A stretch of 64,000 bases of DNA from an uncultured Candidatus Saccharibacteria bacterium (GTDB lineage Bacteria; Patescibacteriota; Dojkabacteria; B142; JAFGMG01), in the NCBI GenBank assembly GCA_964391325.1, contig CAYMJM010000001.1, forward strand, positions 1,438-65,437, in the 5' to 3' direction. Positions 19,802-30,387 of the stretch are shown in pieces (position 1 is the stretch's first letter; each line of letters starts with the position of its first letter). The position numbers and the translations under genes are program-made. The notes under the pieces were generated by a model. That model saw only the letters and a list, made by a program, of their open reading frames with translations, had not been told where the DNA came from and made no database searches.

Positions 19802-20452
19802 TTACAATTCAATCTGGCTGTAATATAAATTAAGGTTATGAGCACCTTTTTGCCAGTTGACTATGCCATATGCTTGTGCTAAAGCAGCAAAATTTGTACC
19901 ATATCGGGCAGCATATTCTTTTGCGACCTTAGGTGTGATGTCTTTGAATGCTTGTTCGAAACTGGAGTATTTTGCTCCATTTAAATATCCGAAGCAGTTA
20001 AAATAGTAATCCTGAGCGCAAAATCCTGATTCGACTCCAATCAGCGCAAGTAAGATACGGTAGTCAGTATCGGCTTCCATAGCGCTGTCATATAATATGC
20101 CTGCTACATCAGTGTTTGCTATCGGTGATTTTTTCGTAGATAAATACGTGTTAATTCCTGCTATGTGTCCTTCCCTGCTCTCTCTTTGGCGTTGTTTTTC
20201 TGCAAGCTCTTGCCTCTCTTTTTCTTTTCTTACGTTAGCATTTTGGATGGCCTCTGAGTCGAAAACAGGGAGTTGGATAAGGGAGCCCTTCTCTGTATAC
20301 ACTTGAGCATCAAGATTTTCCCCAGCAGCAAAGATATGTATGCTTGTAAAAATCAGAAGGACAAAGGAAACAAAAAAGATAATGAAAACCCTCATAGAAA
20401 GATCAGGGTTTAATCGGGCAAATTTGTATATTCTTTTTAAGTCTCGTCTCAA
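19802..20452 (-). CDS. membrane-anchored lysozyme-like/glucosaminidase-like protein
   Basis: TM anchor, coiled coil, then KSP...ALIGVESGF...FNCFGY lysozyme-fold pattern; exact start uncertain. Confidence 0.55.
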   Translation of the reverse strand: MRRDLKRIYKFARLNPDLSMRVFIIFFVSFVLLIFTSIHIFAAGENLDAQVYTEKGSLIQLPVFDSEAIQNANVRKEKERQELAEKQRQRESREGHIAGINTYLSTKKSPIANTDVAGILYDSAMEADTDYRILLALIGVESGFCAQDYYFNCFGYLNGAKYSSFEQAFKDITPKVAKEYAARYGTNFAALAQAYGIVNWQKGAHNLNLYYSQIEL

Positions 20453-20647
20453 CAGTCTGTAGGCAGGCTACTTTACTGAAATTATGCCAAAATTTATGTA
20501 ACAATTCTGGACTAATTATTATACAAAGCAGTAAAATTTTTGTCCAACAACAGTATACATTGTCATGCTATGTTTATTAAATCGTTATACTGTTATAATT
20601 GTTAAAATCGCTACTTAGTAGCTTTTTATTTGTTAATTAGCTGTTAT

Positions 20648-21532
20648 ATGAAAGTTGATAAGGCAATAATCACTGCTGCCGGTTTTGGATCCAGATTCCT
20701 CCCTATTACTAAAACCTTTCCTAAAGAATTACTACCTATTGTAGATAAGCCGATAATTCAATATCTAGTCGAAGAGTGTGCAGAAGCGGAAATAGAAGAA
20801 ATTATTATAGTTGCTAATCCTGCTGAAATAACAAAATTTGAAGATTATTTTTATGGAAGATCTATAAATGTTAGAACTTTGATGGCTAGGCAGGGCAAGA
20901 TGGACAGATGGAGTAAAGTGGAGAAAATTTTCACTCTGCCTAAAATAACAGTAGTCCCTCAGGATGAAAGATTGGCCTATGGTAATGGTTCTCCTATTTT
21001 AAGTGTCAAAGATATTGTTAAGGATGAAGACGCTTTTGTAATAATGTTTGGTGACGATATGTTTTTATCCCAAGTGTCAGGGGTGAAGCAACTTGTTGAG
21101 TATTATAATCAGAACGCCTGTGATTTATTGCTGGGTGTTATAGAAGCTCCTAAGACTTTATTAACTCAGGGAGGAGTTATCAAAGTTAAACCTGGCACGA
21201 ATAACCAAATCAGCAGTATAAAAGAGAAACCTTCTTTAGAAGAATTAGAAAGCGATCCTACCTTTACAAACTTATATTCATTCGGAAGATTTATCGCTAC
21301 ACCAAAAATTTTTGATTACTTAACTGCAGAGGCAACAGGTAAAGACAATGAATTATGGCTACAAGATGCTAATAATAAACTTGCACATGAATTCACTGCC
21401 TTGTACCTGAAATTAGATGGTGAGTTTTATACAACAGGTGATCCTTTGTACTATATGAAGGCGCATATTAAATTTATGCTGGCTAATGAAAAGTATGGCG
21501 GGGACTTAAAGAAATTCTTACATAGTCTCTAA
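20648..21532 (+). CDS. galU: UTP-glucose-1-phosphate uridylyltransferase
   Basis: KAIITAAGFGSRFLPITK..PKELLPIVDKP, FGDD, KEKP. Confidence 0.85.
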   Translation: MKVDKAIITAAGFGSRFLPITKTFPKELLPIVDKPIIQYLVEECAEAEIEEIIIVANPAEITKFEDYFYGRSINVRTLMARQGKMDRWSKVEKIFTLPKITVVPQDERLAYGNGSPILSVKDIVKDEDAFVIMFGDDMFLSQVSGVKQLVEYYNQNACDLLLGVIEAPKTLLTQGGVIKVKPGTNNQISSIKEKPSLEELESDPTFTNLYSFGRFIATPKIFDYLTAEATGKDNELWLQDANNKLAHEFTALYLKLDGEFYTTGDPLYYMKAHIKFMLANEKYGGDLKKFLHSL

Positions 21533-22717
21533 ATCTGTAATGATATATTTGAGGATTTTATCGGCAGCATTTAGCTTCACCAGTTTTCGTGCTTCTGTTT
21601 TGGCTTCTTTCCATGTCTTCCTAGGGTTAAAGGATGTGTTGATTAATGTTTGTTCATAAGCAGTCATTATTTCTTGGTAAAGTCCCTGATCAGTGAGGCC
21701 TTCCCTAAACTCAACTATTTTTGCAATTCCAGTTTTGGAAGCAAGCTTCGCATTTTCCAATTGTTCATTATTTGACGACCAGGGTAATGGCATGAAAACT
21801 GTCGGGATGCCTTTAAAAAGTATCTTTTGTACGGTATTTGCGCCTGATCTGGAAAGCACGAGGGTCGTATTGTCAAGGATTCTGCTTAATTTTTCAGGTT
21901 CAATAAAATCAAAAACTTGATACCTTCGTTTGAATTTTGCCGGTAGAGAGACAGCCTCTTTCCGTGCGAGCTCAAGGTCTCTTGTAATACTACTATGCCC
22001 AGTTTGATGAACAATATTAAAAGTTTCTAGGTATTTCTCCAGAATAGATGATCGAAGCCTTTTATTGAATGTGTTTGCACCTTGATTGCCCCCTATGATT
22101 AGTAAGATGGGTAAATTATTAGCAAAAAATTTTTTCGATGCTCTAGCGTTAAGAAACTCTGCTTCCATCGGATTTCCGGTAATTTTTATATGCCTATGTT
22201 TCGAGAAATACTTCCTAGATTGTGCCCAGCTTAGAAACACTTGGTCAGCAAATCTATATGTTGTTCGAGTAGCTAGACCAGGTCTAACGGGCTGTTCATG
22301 CAAATACAATTTGACTCTCAAAAGTTTGATAAGTGGAAACTGTAGGAATATAGGAACATTGAGATATCCGCCGAATCCGATAATTATTTTAGGTTTGTAC
22401 TTCAAGATAATGAAAGCTGCCTGAATAAACCCACCAGGGATTAGAAGTAAGTTGAGTAAAGCTTTCTTCCACGTAGCTCTTGTCCATTTTTTCCATAATT
22501 TCCCGGTTTGAAGGTCTATGAATTTTATTGCCTTTCTATTGATTAGGCTGTATTCAGAGCTATAATTTGTGTCTCCTGTCTGGGAGTACTTCTGTCCTAT
22601 CCAAACTATGTTGTGAAAGCCTTTTTCTTGAAGTTTGTTCAAAACTGCCAGCGCAGGTGTCATGTGTCCACCAATTATTGCAATGCGTATATTTTTATCA
22701 ATAACTTTTGCCCTCAT
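21518..22717 (-). CDS. murG: undecaprenyl-PP-MurNAc-pentapeptide GlcNAc transferase
   Basis: GGHMTPA, GFGGY, HEQ, TGNP, GGNQGA, SRSGANT, EQLENA. Confidence 0.92.
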   Translation of the reverse strand: MRAKVIDKNIRIAIIGGHMTPALAVLNKLQEKGFHNIVWIGQKYSQTGDTNYSSEYSLINRKAIKFIDLQTGKLWKKWTRATWKKALLNLLLIPGGFIQAAFIILKYKPKIIIGFGGYLNVPIFLQFPLIKLLRVKLYLHEQPVRPGLATRTTYRFADQVFLSWAQSRKYFSKHRHIKITGNPMEAEFLNARASKKFFANNLPILLIIGGNQGANTFNKRLRSSILEKYLETFNIVHQTGHSSITRDLELARKEAVSLPAKFKRRYQVFDFIEPEKLSRILDNTTLVLSRSGANTVQKILFKGIPTVFMPLPWSSNNEQLENAKLASKTGIAKIVEFREGLTDQGLYQEIMTAYEQTLINTSFNPRKTWKEAKTEARKLVKLNAADKILKYIITDLETM

Positions 22718-22722
22718 TTAGC

Positions 22723-24066
22723 TCACATTTTAGGTGTTAGTTCTGACTCCTTATTACTGATTTTTGTATCGTAAGCTGCTTTTTCTTCAGGAGTGAGCAA
22801 TCTGGAATCAAATTGCGGTTTAGTTTTCGTTGTGGTGTCTTTTTTCTTAAATAATTTAATTTTTTTCGTTTTAATTAAATAAGCGGTAACTAATCCAATT
22901 CCTGAAAGTATCAATAGTATTGCTATGATTAAAGTAAAGCTGTTTGTGCCATCTTCCTCTTGAGTGTCAGTGGTCGTATTAATGATAGTCAGTCTTTCGG
23001 TTGTGCTTTGCTCTGAAATCCCTGTCGCGATGACCTGAACTATGTTCTCTCCCTCCTGGAGCTCTACTGGTACTGTGAATGAGCCGTCATCAGAAATAGA
23101 AACAGCTTGGGTTAACTTTTCATCATTCAGGTATACAATGATTTCGGAGTCTAAATCATCTATCATACCTTCAATCTCATGTTCGGGCTGATCAACGTCA
23201 TATTCAAGTTCCTCGAATTTTAAAGTCGGACGTATAGAGTAAGTTGAAAATTCGGTTACATCAAAACTGACAGCTGAGGATCCTGTTAAAATAATATTTT
23301 CAACATTCTTTCCCGCTTCTGCATCATCTTTCATAATAGCCGGGGTATAATCACTGCCAAGTGATACAAAATTTAATCCATATAATGTAACTGTTGCTGG
23401 CTTATTAAGCTCTGGCATTAAATCGGTTGCTATTGATACTTCTCCAGGATGATCCATAAACACATATTGGTCCAGTTTATTCAACCTAGTTACTGTTTCG
23501 TTCATGCTTAAATCAATGCTGGTGTTGAAAACGATTTTGGCTATATCTGGAACATGCAACGTAAAGTTTTGTATAGATTTTAACTGATCTTTGGTATACC
23601 CTTGAAGTTTCGTTGTTGTGCTTGTAGGCAAGTAAAACCGAGTTGGTAACTTTATCTCTATCGTTTGTTCATTATCCTCCTTTTGATTTACAGTCTCTTT
23701 TTGTTTGGGTTTAACTCCAAAGTAAACTTCTACTTGCTCTCCAGCTTGTACGGTCTTATTTTTCGTAGCAATTTCTCCGGAGGTGAGTTCATAATTACTT
23801 CCTTCTGTGAGGTTAATTTTGATTGTATATTCACCCGCTTGTAGACCGGAGAAAACTGCTTTTCCTTGCACATCAGTATTTTTAGCTTGATCGTAATTAT
23901 TTGTCTTCAAAGAAATATTAATCCCTTGAATCAGATCTCCCTCTAGTGTTTTCGTATAGACTACTATAGTAGCTTTTTCCTCAATAGTTTCTTCTTCTGC
24001 AAAGACGGAGGCAGGAAATGGGATAGCTAGGGTAAGTAGAAGAAAGCATATTAAAACTTTTTTCAT
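22723..24066 (-). CDS. secreted, C-terminally anchored surface protein with beta-sandwich/Ig-like domains
   Basis: Signal peptide MKKVLIC..., TDVQGKAVFSGLQAGEYTI domain, LQEGENIVQV Ig-like domain, C-terminal TM and basic tail. Confidence 0.75.
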   Translation of the reverse strand: MKKVLICFLLLTLAIPFPASVFAEEETIEEKATIVVYTKTLEGDLIQGINISLKTNNYDQAKNTDVQGKAVFSGLQAGEYTIKINLTEGSNYELTSGEIATKNKTVQAGEQVEVYFGVKPKQKETVNQKEDNEQTIEIKLPTRFYLPTSTTTKLQGYTKDQLKSIQNFTLHVPDIAKIVFNTSIDLSMNETVTRLNKLDQYVFMDHPGEVSIATDLMPELNKPATVTLYGLNFVSLGSDYTPAIMKDDAEAGKNVENIILTGSSAVSFDVTEFSTYSIRPTLKFEELEYDVDQPEHEIEGMIDDLDSEIIVYLNDEKLTQAVSISDDGSFTVPVELQEGENIVQVIATGISEQSTTERLTIINTTTDTQEEDGTNSFTLIIAILLILSGIGLVTAYLIKTKKIKLFKKKDTTTKTKPQFDSRLLTPEEKAAYDTKISNKESELTPKM

Positions 24067-24097
24067 CTCTACAATATTAATAATTTTATTTAATGTG

Positions 24098-25279
24098 CTA
24101 GTCAAGGTTAGCGTATTTGCTTATATTTAACAAGAGACCTAAGCTTGCCAGAAGAACAATCATTGAACTTCCTCCATAGCTTATGAAAGGAAGAGCGATA
24201 CCTGTTAATGGGATGAGGCCAACATTTGCTGCTATGTTTAGGAATGCCTGAAACGATATCCATAATGTAATTCCGGAAGCAAGCAAAGCCCCGAGTTTAT
24301 CCGGGGCGTTTTGGGCTATTTTTAATCCGCGCAAAGATATGTATAAAAAGCAGGCTACTATAGCAGATGCTCCCAGTAAGCCAAGCTCTTCTGCTATAAC
24401 TGCGAATATGGTGTCACTAAAAGCTGTTTCTCCTAAATAATTAAATTTTTGCCTTGACTGTCCAAATCCCTCTCCAAGTATACCGCCAGCTCCGATTGCT
24501 GTTAGCATTTGACTTAGCTGATAGCCACTACCTAGTCTATCTTCCGGTGTGCCTGTTTTTAGGACTGTCAGATAGGTTTTGATACGGTTTATTCTGTAGC
24601 TTTCTAAGAAGGCTGCCAATAGACCAATAAGGGTAGAAGTTAGCATAATAGCGAAAAATCCAATATTGTGTATAAAGCCTTCTCCAGCCATATAGTACAT
24701 ACCTAATGCAACTATACCTATCAGGGCTGTAGTTCCTAAATCAGGCTCAATGAGTATCAGGACCAATATAATGGACAATATTAATAGGAAGGGCAACATC
24801 TCAACTACCAGGTAGTTACGTAAAGGGTTTTTATATTTTATAGCTTTGGTTTTTCTGGATAACCAGCTGGCAAGATATATGATAAGTGCAAGCTTTGTAA
24901 ATTCTGATGGCTGCGGATCAAATAGCGGCAGATCTATCCATCTTTTAGCTCCTCCTATTTCTACACCAGCAAAAAGTACAACTATTAACATTAGTATTGA
25001 AGCTGTAATAAGAATGGGGGCAACTTTGGGAAGTTTGTGGTAATCAAACCGGTACAGAAAGTATCCAGCTATAAGTCCAAGGATAATCCAAATAAATTGT
25101 CTATAGAAATAATACCACGAGTTTCTATCTTGGCTAAAAGCTACAATGACACTGGAGCTATACACCATGATCCATCCAAAAAGCGTAAGGAAACTCACTA
25201 TAATCAATAAATGAAAGTCAGGTTTTCCTGCTGTGCCTATACGAGTTCTTTTTTTGTATGTAGCCTTTCGTCTTCTCAT
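24098..25279 (-). CDS. ftsW: SEDS peptidoglycan polymerase FtsW
   Basis: MVYSSS, GAKRWI, QPSEFTK, EPDLGT, GFGQSRQK, PLTGIALPFISYGGSS. Confidence 0.95.
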   Translation of the reverse strand: MRRRKATYKKRTRIGTAGKPDFHLLIIVSFLTLFGWIMVYSSSVIVAFSQDRNSWYYFYRQFIWIILGLIAGYFLYRFDYHKLPKVAPILITASILMLIVVLFAGVEIGGAKRWIDLPLFDPQPSEFTKLALIIYLASWLSRKTKAIKYKNPLRNYLVVEMLPFLLILSIILVLILIEPDLGTTALIGIVALGMYYMAGEGFIHNIGFFAIMLTSTLIGLLAAFLESYRINRIKTYLTVLKTGTPEDRLGSGYQLSQMLTAIGAGGILGEGFGQSRQKFNYLGETAFSDTIFAVIAEELGLLGASAIVACFLYISLRGLKIAQNAPDKLGALLASGITLWISFQAFLNIAANVGLIPLTGIALPFISYGGSSMIVLLASLGLLLNISKYANLD

Positions 25280-25338
25280 TAAGAGGCAGTATATAAATAC
25301 ATGACCTATTGTATAATGATAACTGTTATCAGTCTAGT

Positions 25339-25587
25339 ATGGAGGATTCTATGAAGGATATAAAAAAGAATTACAAAGTCACTTTAGATACGCCAATTGC
25401 AGAGCTTGCGGAATTATTCCCTGAAGTCGCAGAGTTCTTAACATTGGAGTATGGATTTCATTGTATAGGTTGTCCTCTATCTTATTTTGAGACTATAGGA
25501 GATGGTGTACAGGTTCATGGTCTTTTAGATACTGAAATTCAAGACCTCTTAAAACAAGTTAATGAAATAATTCAAGAAAGTAATTAA
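25339..25587 (+). CDS. DUF1858-domain protein
   Basis: IAELAELFPEVAEFL..YGFHCIGC....ETI.DG..VHG; start 25339 or 25351. Confidence 0.8.
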   Translation: MEDSMKDIKKNYKVTLDTPIAELAELFPEVAEFLTLEYGFHCIGCPLSYFETIGDGVQVHGLLDTEIQDLLKQVNEIIQESN

Positions 25588-26074
25588 CCTCTATGGCAGC
25601 ATTTTCACGTATCTCGCTATCCAGGCTGTTTTGTTTTTCAAGTTTAGCATTATAGTCATTGATTAGATCTTGAATATTGACTTTTTCAGAAGAAGCTAGA
25701 GCCCTTTCGTACCTTTCCGCACTTTTTATAAGTTCGCGTGATATTGCGATAAAAGACAGATTTTTTTCTTTGAGTGCTTTGTTCATAAATAGCTCTTTTG
25801 TAGTTTCAATCTTGAGTTCCAGTTCTCCAATACTGCTTTCCAAATCAGTATATACTTGATTGCTTCCCTCTTCTAGAGAATCTATTTTCAAGCTGATAGT
25901 TAGGGTTTCTGTATCGGATAAAACTTTGTTTCTTAGCGGTTGTATTTCATTTTCATATTCTACAGGCACTTTTAAGTTGCTAATAAAAAAAACTGTGATA
26001 GTTAAGCAAAGAATAATAGACAAACTGATAGTTATTGTTCGTATGTTTATATTTATTTTTACCAATTTTTTCAT
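25559..26074 (-). CDS. hypothetical membrane-anchored coiled-coil protein
   Basis: N-terminal TM, helical remainder. Confidence 0.6.
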   Translation of the reverse strand: MKKLVKININIRTITISLSIILCLTITVFFISNLKVPVEYENEIQPLRNKVLSDTETLTISLKIDSLEEGSNQVYTDLESSIGELELKIETTKELFMNKALKEKNLSFIAISRELIKSAERYERALASSEKVNIQDLINDYNAKLEKQNSLDSEIRENAAIEVNYFLELFH

Positions 26075-26130
26075 AAAAGTATTTAGGTGTTAGGTTTAAG
26101 TATAACTACCTACTAACTTGTAGATACATT

Positions 26131-27330
26131 TTAAAAATCTACTTGTTTAAGAAAATCATTACCAAGCTGAATAGCCTCTGGAAGTGACATACCCATGTGT
26201 GACTCAAATAATGTTTCCCAAACTTTAAGATACTCTTCTGGTGCAACACTTTGTTGAAAAGGGCTGAGGGCATCCTGATAGTCTATAATTGCCTGTTTAA
26301 AATTTGTAATGCTTCGATAGAAAAAAGGGTAGGATTTATTTGTGTTATTTTTACTGATACGTGTGTAGTGTGCTAAAAGCGCATTGAAAATAATCGCGGA
26401 GAACAGGTAGCTTCGAGAAATTTGGGCATTTGGGAAATCTACAAATAATGAATTAACATCCATCCATTCCAGCAGAATATTTTTCCTGACGTTTTCATAA
26501 TTAAAGTCTCGAGTACTGGCTAACGGCAGTTCATCTAAGACCATAAGTAAGTCCAGGGGATTTGCTTGTATTTCAAAGGTTTGTGCGATCCCCTCGTCGA
26601 TTATAGGCAATAAACGCGTATCACTTCCCCCTGTTGCTTTCTCCATAGCAAAATGACCTAGTTCATGCTTTATACTACCTACACTTGTGTTATATATTGT
26701 TGCTACATTTTCATCTGCCCTATAATGCCCGCATTCACGAATATTTTTTTGTATTCCTAAATTTGATAGAACTAGTAAAGTCATTCCTGCAAAAATCTGT
26801 GGCTGTCCAGCAGTAAATTTGAGTACTGTTTCTAGAGACTCCCTGACATCTGCACTAAGCAGAAATTCATCGACTTCTTCGAAATTGATTTCAGCTTCCT
26901 GAGGCGGTTGCTTAAATGTAAAAAATTCAAATTCAAAAGGTTTTTTTCGTCGCCCGAGCCTATCAAGTATTGCCTTGGGTTTGAATCTCACAGTTCCAAA
27001 TGAAGGGCTTAGTTTTTGTCCTTTAATTTTATCTACAATGAACGATAAAGCTTCTAAACTCTCTAACCAGGCTTCATCATCTTTAGTCCTTGCTAATTGT
27101 CCCCCATGCTGGTACAGCATCAATGTATTAGCTGCTGTAAATAGAGCTTGAATGCCCTTGCCGTAGACAGCTTTTGCAGAATAAAAATTTCCGTCAGGAT
27201 TAGTCCATTCAGCAATCAGGTCTTCAGCATAATCAACTGGGTTTTGTGCTTCTAATATATTATCTACAAAACCATAAAAATTTTGCCGTACTTGCTGATC
27301 CTCTGGTGGTTGAATTAGTTCTTGTTGCAT
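26131..27330 (-). CDS. hypothetical protein with gluzincin-like metallopeptidase motif
   Basis: HELGH followed about 18 residues later by IDEGIA. Confidence 0.55.
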   Translation of the reverse strand: MQQELIQPPEDQQVRQNFYGFVDNILEAQNPVDYAEDLIAEWTNPDGNFYSAKAVYGKGIQALFTAANTLMLYQHGGQLARTKDDEAWLESLEALSFIVDKIKGQKLSPSFGTVRFKPKAILDRLGRRKKPFEFEFFTFKQPPQEAEINFEEVDEFLLSADVRESLETVLKFTAGQPQIFAGMTLLVLSNLGIQKNIRECGHYRADENVATIYNTSVGSIKHELGHFAMEKATGGSDTRLLPIIDEGIAQTFEIQANPLDLLMVLDELPLASTRDFNYENVRKNILLEWMDVNSLFVDFPNAQISRSYLFSAIIFNALLAHYTRISKNNTNKSYPFFYRSITNFKQAIIDYQDALSPFQQSVAPEEYLKVWETLFESHMGMSLPEAIQLGNDFLKQVDF

Positions 27331-27431
27331 TATTAGCTTTTTGTTAATTCTTTTCTCTAGTATATTTTACTATATGTTACTTGATAAATGGTTTTAATTA
27401 CTACTTAAGTAGCTGTTGCGGAGGCAGGAGT

Positions 27432-28436
27432 TTAGGTATTTACATTCTTTACATTCAAATATTGAGAATCCAAGGGTTGTTTTATCCCTTTCTTTAAAGG
27501 TTGGTGGTGCTTTTTGCTCCGTGGTTTCCTATAGCTTGCAATTGCTACTCCAGCAATTACTATAATCAATGCGATAATCTGTATTAAATAAACATTTTCT
27601 TCTAACCACAATACTCCTAGAGGTATAAATATTAACGGTTGTAAATAATAAAAAAGACTGGCCTCAGAAACTTCTATCAAAGACTGGCCTTTTAAGTATG
27701 CAGTTAAGGCTACCACCGAGCCTAAAGCCCCCATATACACTGCAGCGAAAATTACCTCCCAGTGTTGTAGATCCGATGATATAGACTGTCGAAGCGCCTC
27801 ATATGAGCCAGCTGACAAGGCAGAGATTACGAGAAAGCTGATCATGCCCACAAAGAAACTTATTCCGGCTGCATATAGTTTAGGGACATAGGTGTAAGTC
27901 TTTTTGGCAAGAATAAAATAGGTAGCGCCAGAGATATTGTTCAGTAGAATCAACATACTGCCTAAAAGTGACATTTCCATATTCACCCCGACTTTATTGA
28001 AAAAAGGGATTAAAGTCAGCAAAAGAGTCCCTGTAAATGCAAATACCAGACCTATAGCTTCGTGGCGTTCTTGCTTTTCTTTTAGAAAGATAATTCCACC
28101 CAGTACTGTGAACAAAGGAGAGGTGGTTGCTATTAAGCTAGCTTCTATCGAAGACGTCTGAGAAAGTCCTAGGTATAAAAGACTAAGCGTTAATGTGACA
28201 CCAAGTAACTCAAGGGTGATGATTTTAAATGTTGTGTGTAAATATTTTTTCTTCTGACTAACAAAATAGATGATAATAGGGACAGATAGGACAGATGCCA
28301 CACTAAAGCGGTAAAACAGGAATCTGAAAGGGTCGGTAAACTCATATGAATTTTTAACTATTTGTAGGGAAGCCCCCCAAATGATGGTATTTATCAGAAG
28401 GAGAATGTATGCTTTGGTTCTACTCGATAGGTTCAT
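27432..28436 (-). CDS. DMT/EamA family transporter
   Basis: 10 TM in two repeats; IWG, P....FYRF, GIIFLKEK, GVLWLEE. Confidence 0.9.
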   Translation of the reverse strand: MNLSSRTKAYILLLINTIIWGASLQIVKNSYEFTDPFRFLFYRFSVASVLSVPIIIYFVSQKKKYLHTTFKIITLELLGVTLTLSLLYLGLSQTSSIEASLIATTSPLFTVLGGIIFLKEKQERHEAIGLVFAFTGTLLLTLIPFFNKVGVNMEMSLLGSMLILLNNISGATYFILAKKTYTYVPKLYAAGISFFVGMISFLVISALSAGSYEALRQSISSDLQHWEVIFAAVYMGALGSVVALTAYLKGQSLIEVSEASLFYYLQPLIFIPLGVLWLEENVYLIQIIALIIVIAGVAIASYRKPRSKKHHQPLKKGIKQPLDSQYLNVKNVNT

Positions 28437-28481
28437 GGGGTTAATATAACTTGAAATTTATATGATGTCCAGCTTCACGTT

Positions 28482-28508
28482 AAAAGGGCGCCGAAGGCGC
28501 CCTTGTTT
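28482..28508 (-). terminator. intrinsic terminator after sodA (possibly bidirectional)
   Basis: AAGGGCGCC-GAA-GGCGCCCTT perfect hairpin flanked by A/T runs. Confidence 0.8.
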
Positions 28509-28522
28509 ATTCCTGTTGGTCT

Positions 28523-29140
28523 TCAGTTATTTGCTTTAAATAATTCTGCAACTTTTTTCCAATTAACTACATTCCACCAATTTTCGATATACTCAGGTCT
28601 CCTGTTTTGGTACTTCAGATAGTATGCATGCTCCCACACATCCAAACCAAGAATAGGCACATAGTCTTGCATATAAGGAGAATCTTGGTTTGGCGTACTT
28701 GATATCTCCAATTCCCCGTTGTTAAACACCAGCCAGACCCAGCCACTTCCAAATCTTGTAGAGGCAGCACTATTAAATTCCTGTTGAAAATCTTCAAAGC
28801 TCCCGAATTTAGTTTCTATTGCAGCCCGTAATTCTCCTTCAGGTTCTTTCCCTGCTTTTGGAGCCATAATCTCCCAAAATAACATATGATTGGCATGCCC
28901 CCCACCATTATTTATGACCTGTTGGCGGATATCATCCGGTATATTTTGAATATCTCGCAGTATTTCTGTGATATCTACTGTATAATATTCGTTATGGTCT
29001 TCGAGAGCAGCATTAAGCTTATCTATGTATCCTTGATGGTGCTTTGTATGATGAAGCTCCATAGTCTTAGCATCTATGAATGGCTCAAGAGCAGCATATC
29101 CATAAGGAAGATCCGGAAGAGTAAATTTGTCTTCTGTCAT
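28523..29140 (-). CDS. sodA: superoxide dismutase, probably Mn type
   Basis: [18 protein letters not shown] (Mn-type Gly), [21 protein letters not shown]. Confidence 0.93.
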   Translation of the reverse strand: MTEDKFTLPDLPYGYAALEPFIDAKTMELHHTKHHQGYIDKLNAALEDHNEYYTVDITEILRDIQNIPDDIRQQVINNGGGHANHMLFWEIMAPKAGKEPEGELRAAIETKFGSFEDFQQEFNSAASTRFGSGWVWLVFNNGELEISSTPNQDSPYMQDYVPILGLDVWEHAYYLKYQNRRPEYIENWWNVVNWKKVAELFKANN

Positions 29141-29214
29141 ATAACTTAGATAATATATAAAATATTTTAACAAGAAACTCTAAATTAGAACTATATTAAC
29201 TCCTTTTTATTACA

Positions 29215-29667
29215 ATGAAAAATAGCAGAGTCATTAAAGTCGTCTATTATTACTACTTAAATATTCTTTTGATAATTACAGGAATTGGCACTATTATTAG
29301 TCTGTATATAAGTGAGTTCCAAGACCTTCCCCCATGTGACCTGTGCTGGTATCAAAGGGTATTTTTCTATCCAATCTTTTTTATCACACTTTTTGCATTA
29401 ATTAGAAAAGATCAGAAAGCTTATTATTATCTGCTCCCATTGGCTGTAACTGGGTTGCCAATCTCCATCTATCATCATCTACTGAAAGTTACTACCCTCT
29501 TTCCTAAGGAAACTTTTTTTTGCGGAGAACTTGGATCGTGCAGCGAAATTGACTGGGAACTCATACAAGGAAGTGGAATAACTCTTCCACTGCTTGCAGG
29601 GTTAGGCTTTCTTTCCGTCATTTTGGTTTCGATTCTTGCTATTTATCAAAGTAGACGAAGTAAATAA
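29215..29667 (+). CDS. disulfide bond formation protein DsbB/BdbC family
   Basis: PCDLCWYQR motif, second Cys pair CGELGSC, 4 TM. Confidence 0.88.
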   Translation: MKNSRVIKVVYYYYLNILLIITGIGTIISLYISEFQDLPPCDLCWYQRVFFYPIFFITLFALIRKDQKAYYYLLPLAVTGLPISIYHHLLKVTTLFPKETFFCGELGSCSEIDWELIQGSGITLPLLAGLGFLSVILVSILAIYQSRRSK

Positions 29668-29673
29668 TTTTGC

Positions 29674-29964
29674 CTAACTATTGATAAATCTAACTCTGCC
29701 GCTAGTTTCTAAATCGATGGCTATACGTCTTACTTGCTCAGGAAGTATAGGAGGTTTTAAAGAATATCCAAGTAGCTGCTCGGAATTTTCAGGATTTAAT
29801 AATAGTGATCCTACTATTGTCAGTAAGGCTTCTCTTTTTACTATGTGAAATGCCTCTGCTGTTTTAAGACTTTCTGGGTCATAACCGAAGCTTTCCACAA
29901 CTGGACCTATTGGTTCCTTTGCTTGGGCAGAAGGGTATATTTCAATAGTAAATACATTTGCCAT
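29674..29964 (-). CDS. hypothetical protein
   Basis: 96-aa ORF with AGGGA RBS; no motif. Confidence 0.5.
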   Translation of the reverse strand: MANVFTIEIYPSAQAKEPIGPVVESFGYDPESLKTAEAFHIVKREALLTIVGSLLLNPENSEQLLGYSLKPPILPEQVRRIAIDLETSGRVRFINS

Positions 29965-30099
29965 AGATCCCTATCTAATAACTACTGGGTTATAACAGAA
30001 ATTTAGATTCAAGTAAAAAGTGAGTTAGATGCATATTAAAATTTTTGTAATAAATAATTATTGCATGTAGAATGCCGAGATAATTATTAAGGAAGTTTT

Positions 30100-30330
30100 A
30101 TGCCAGAAGCAACACCTACTCCAGTACCTCAGGATGAACAGCTTAGGCCATCAGCTTGGGATCCAGATAATCCATGTTATCCATATGAGCCTGGGCCAGA
30201 TGTCCCTGAAGGATCTTTAGAAGCTTCAGGTGTAATGTTTGGAGATGATTTGTATGATGACCCTTATAGAGATAACAGTAATGAAGGCATGGGGCATGTT
30301 GACTGGAGGGGTACGCAAAGTCCGAAATAG
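30100..30330 (+). CDS. small acidic Pro-rich protein
   Basis: AAGGAAG RBS before ATG; followed by a hairpin. Confidence 0.55.
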   Translation: MPEATPTPVPQDEQLRPSAWDPDNPCYPYEPGPDVPEGSLEASGVMFGDDLYDDPYRDNSNEGMGHVDWRGTQSPK

Positions 30331-30340
30331 AACTAATAAT

Positions 30341-30367
30341 AAAAGGTCCGAGTACTCGAACCTTTTT
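30341..30367. terminator. bidirectional terminator-like palindrome between convergent small ORFs
   Basis: AAAAGGTCCGAGTACTCGAACCTTTTT near-perfect inverted repeat. Confidence 0.65.
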
Positions 30368-30387
30368 GCTATATTAAGTTTACTCTT

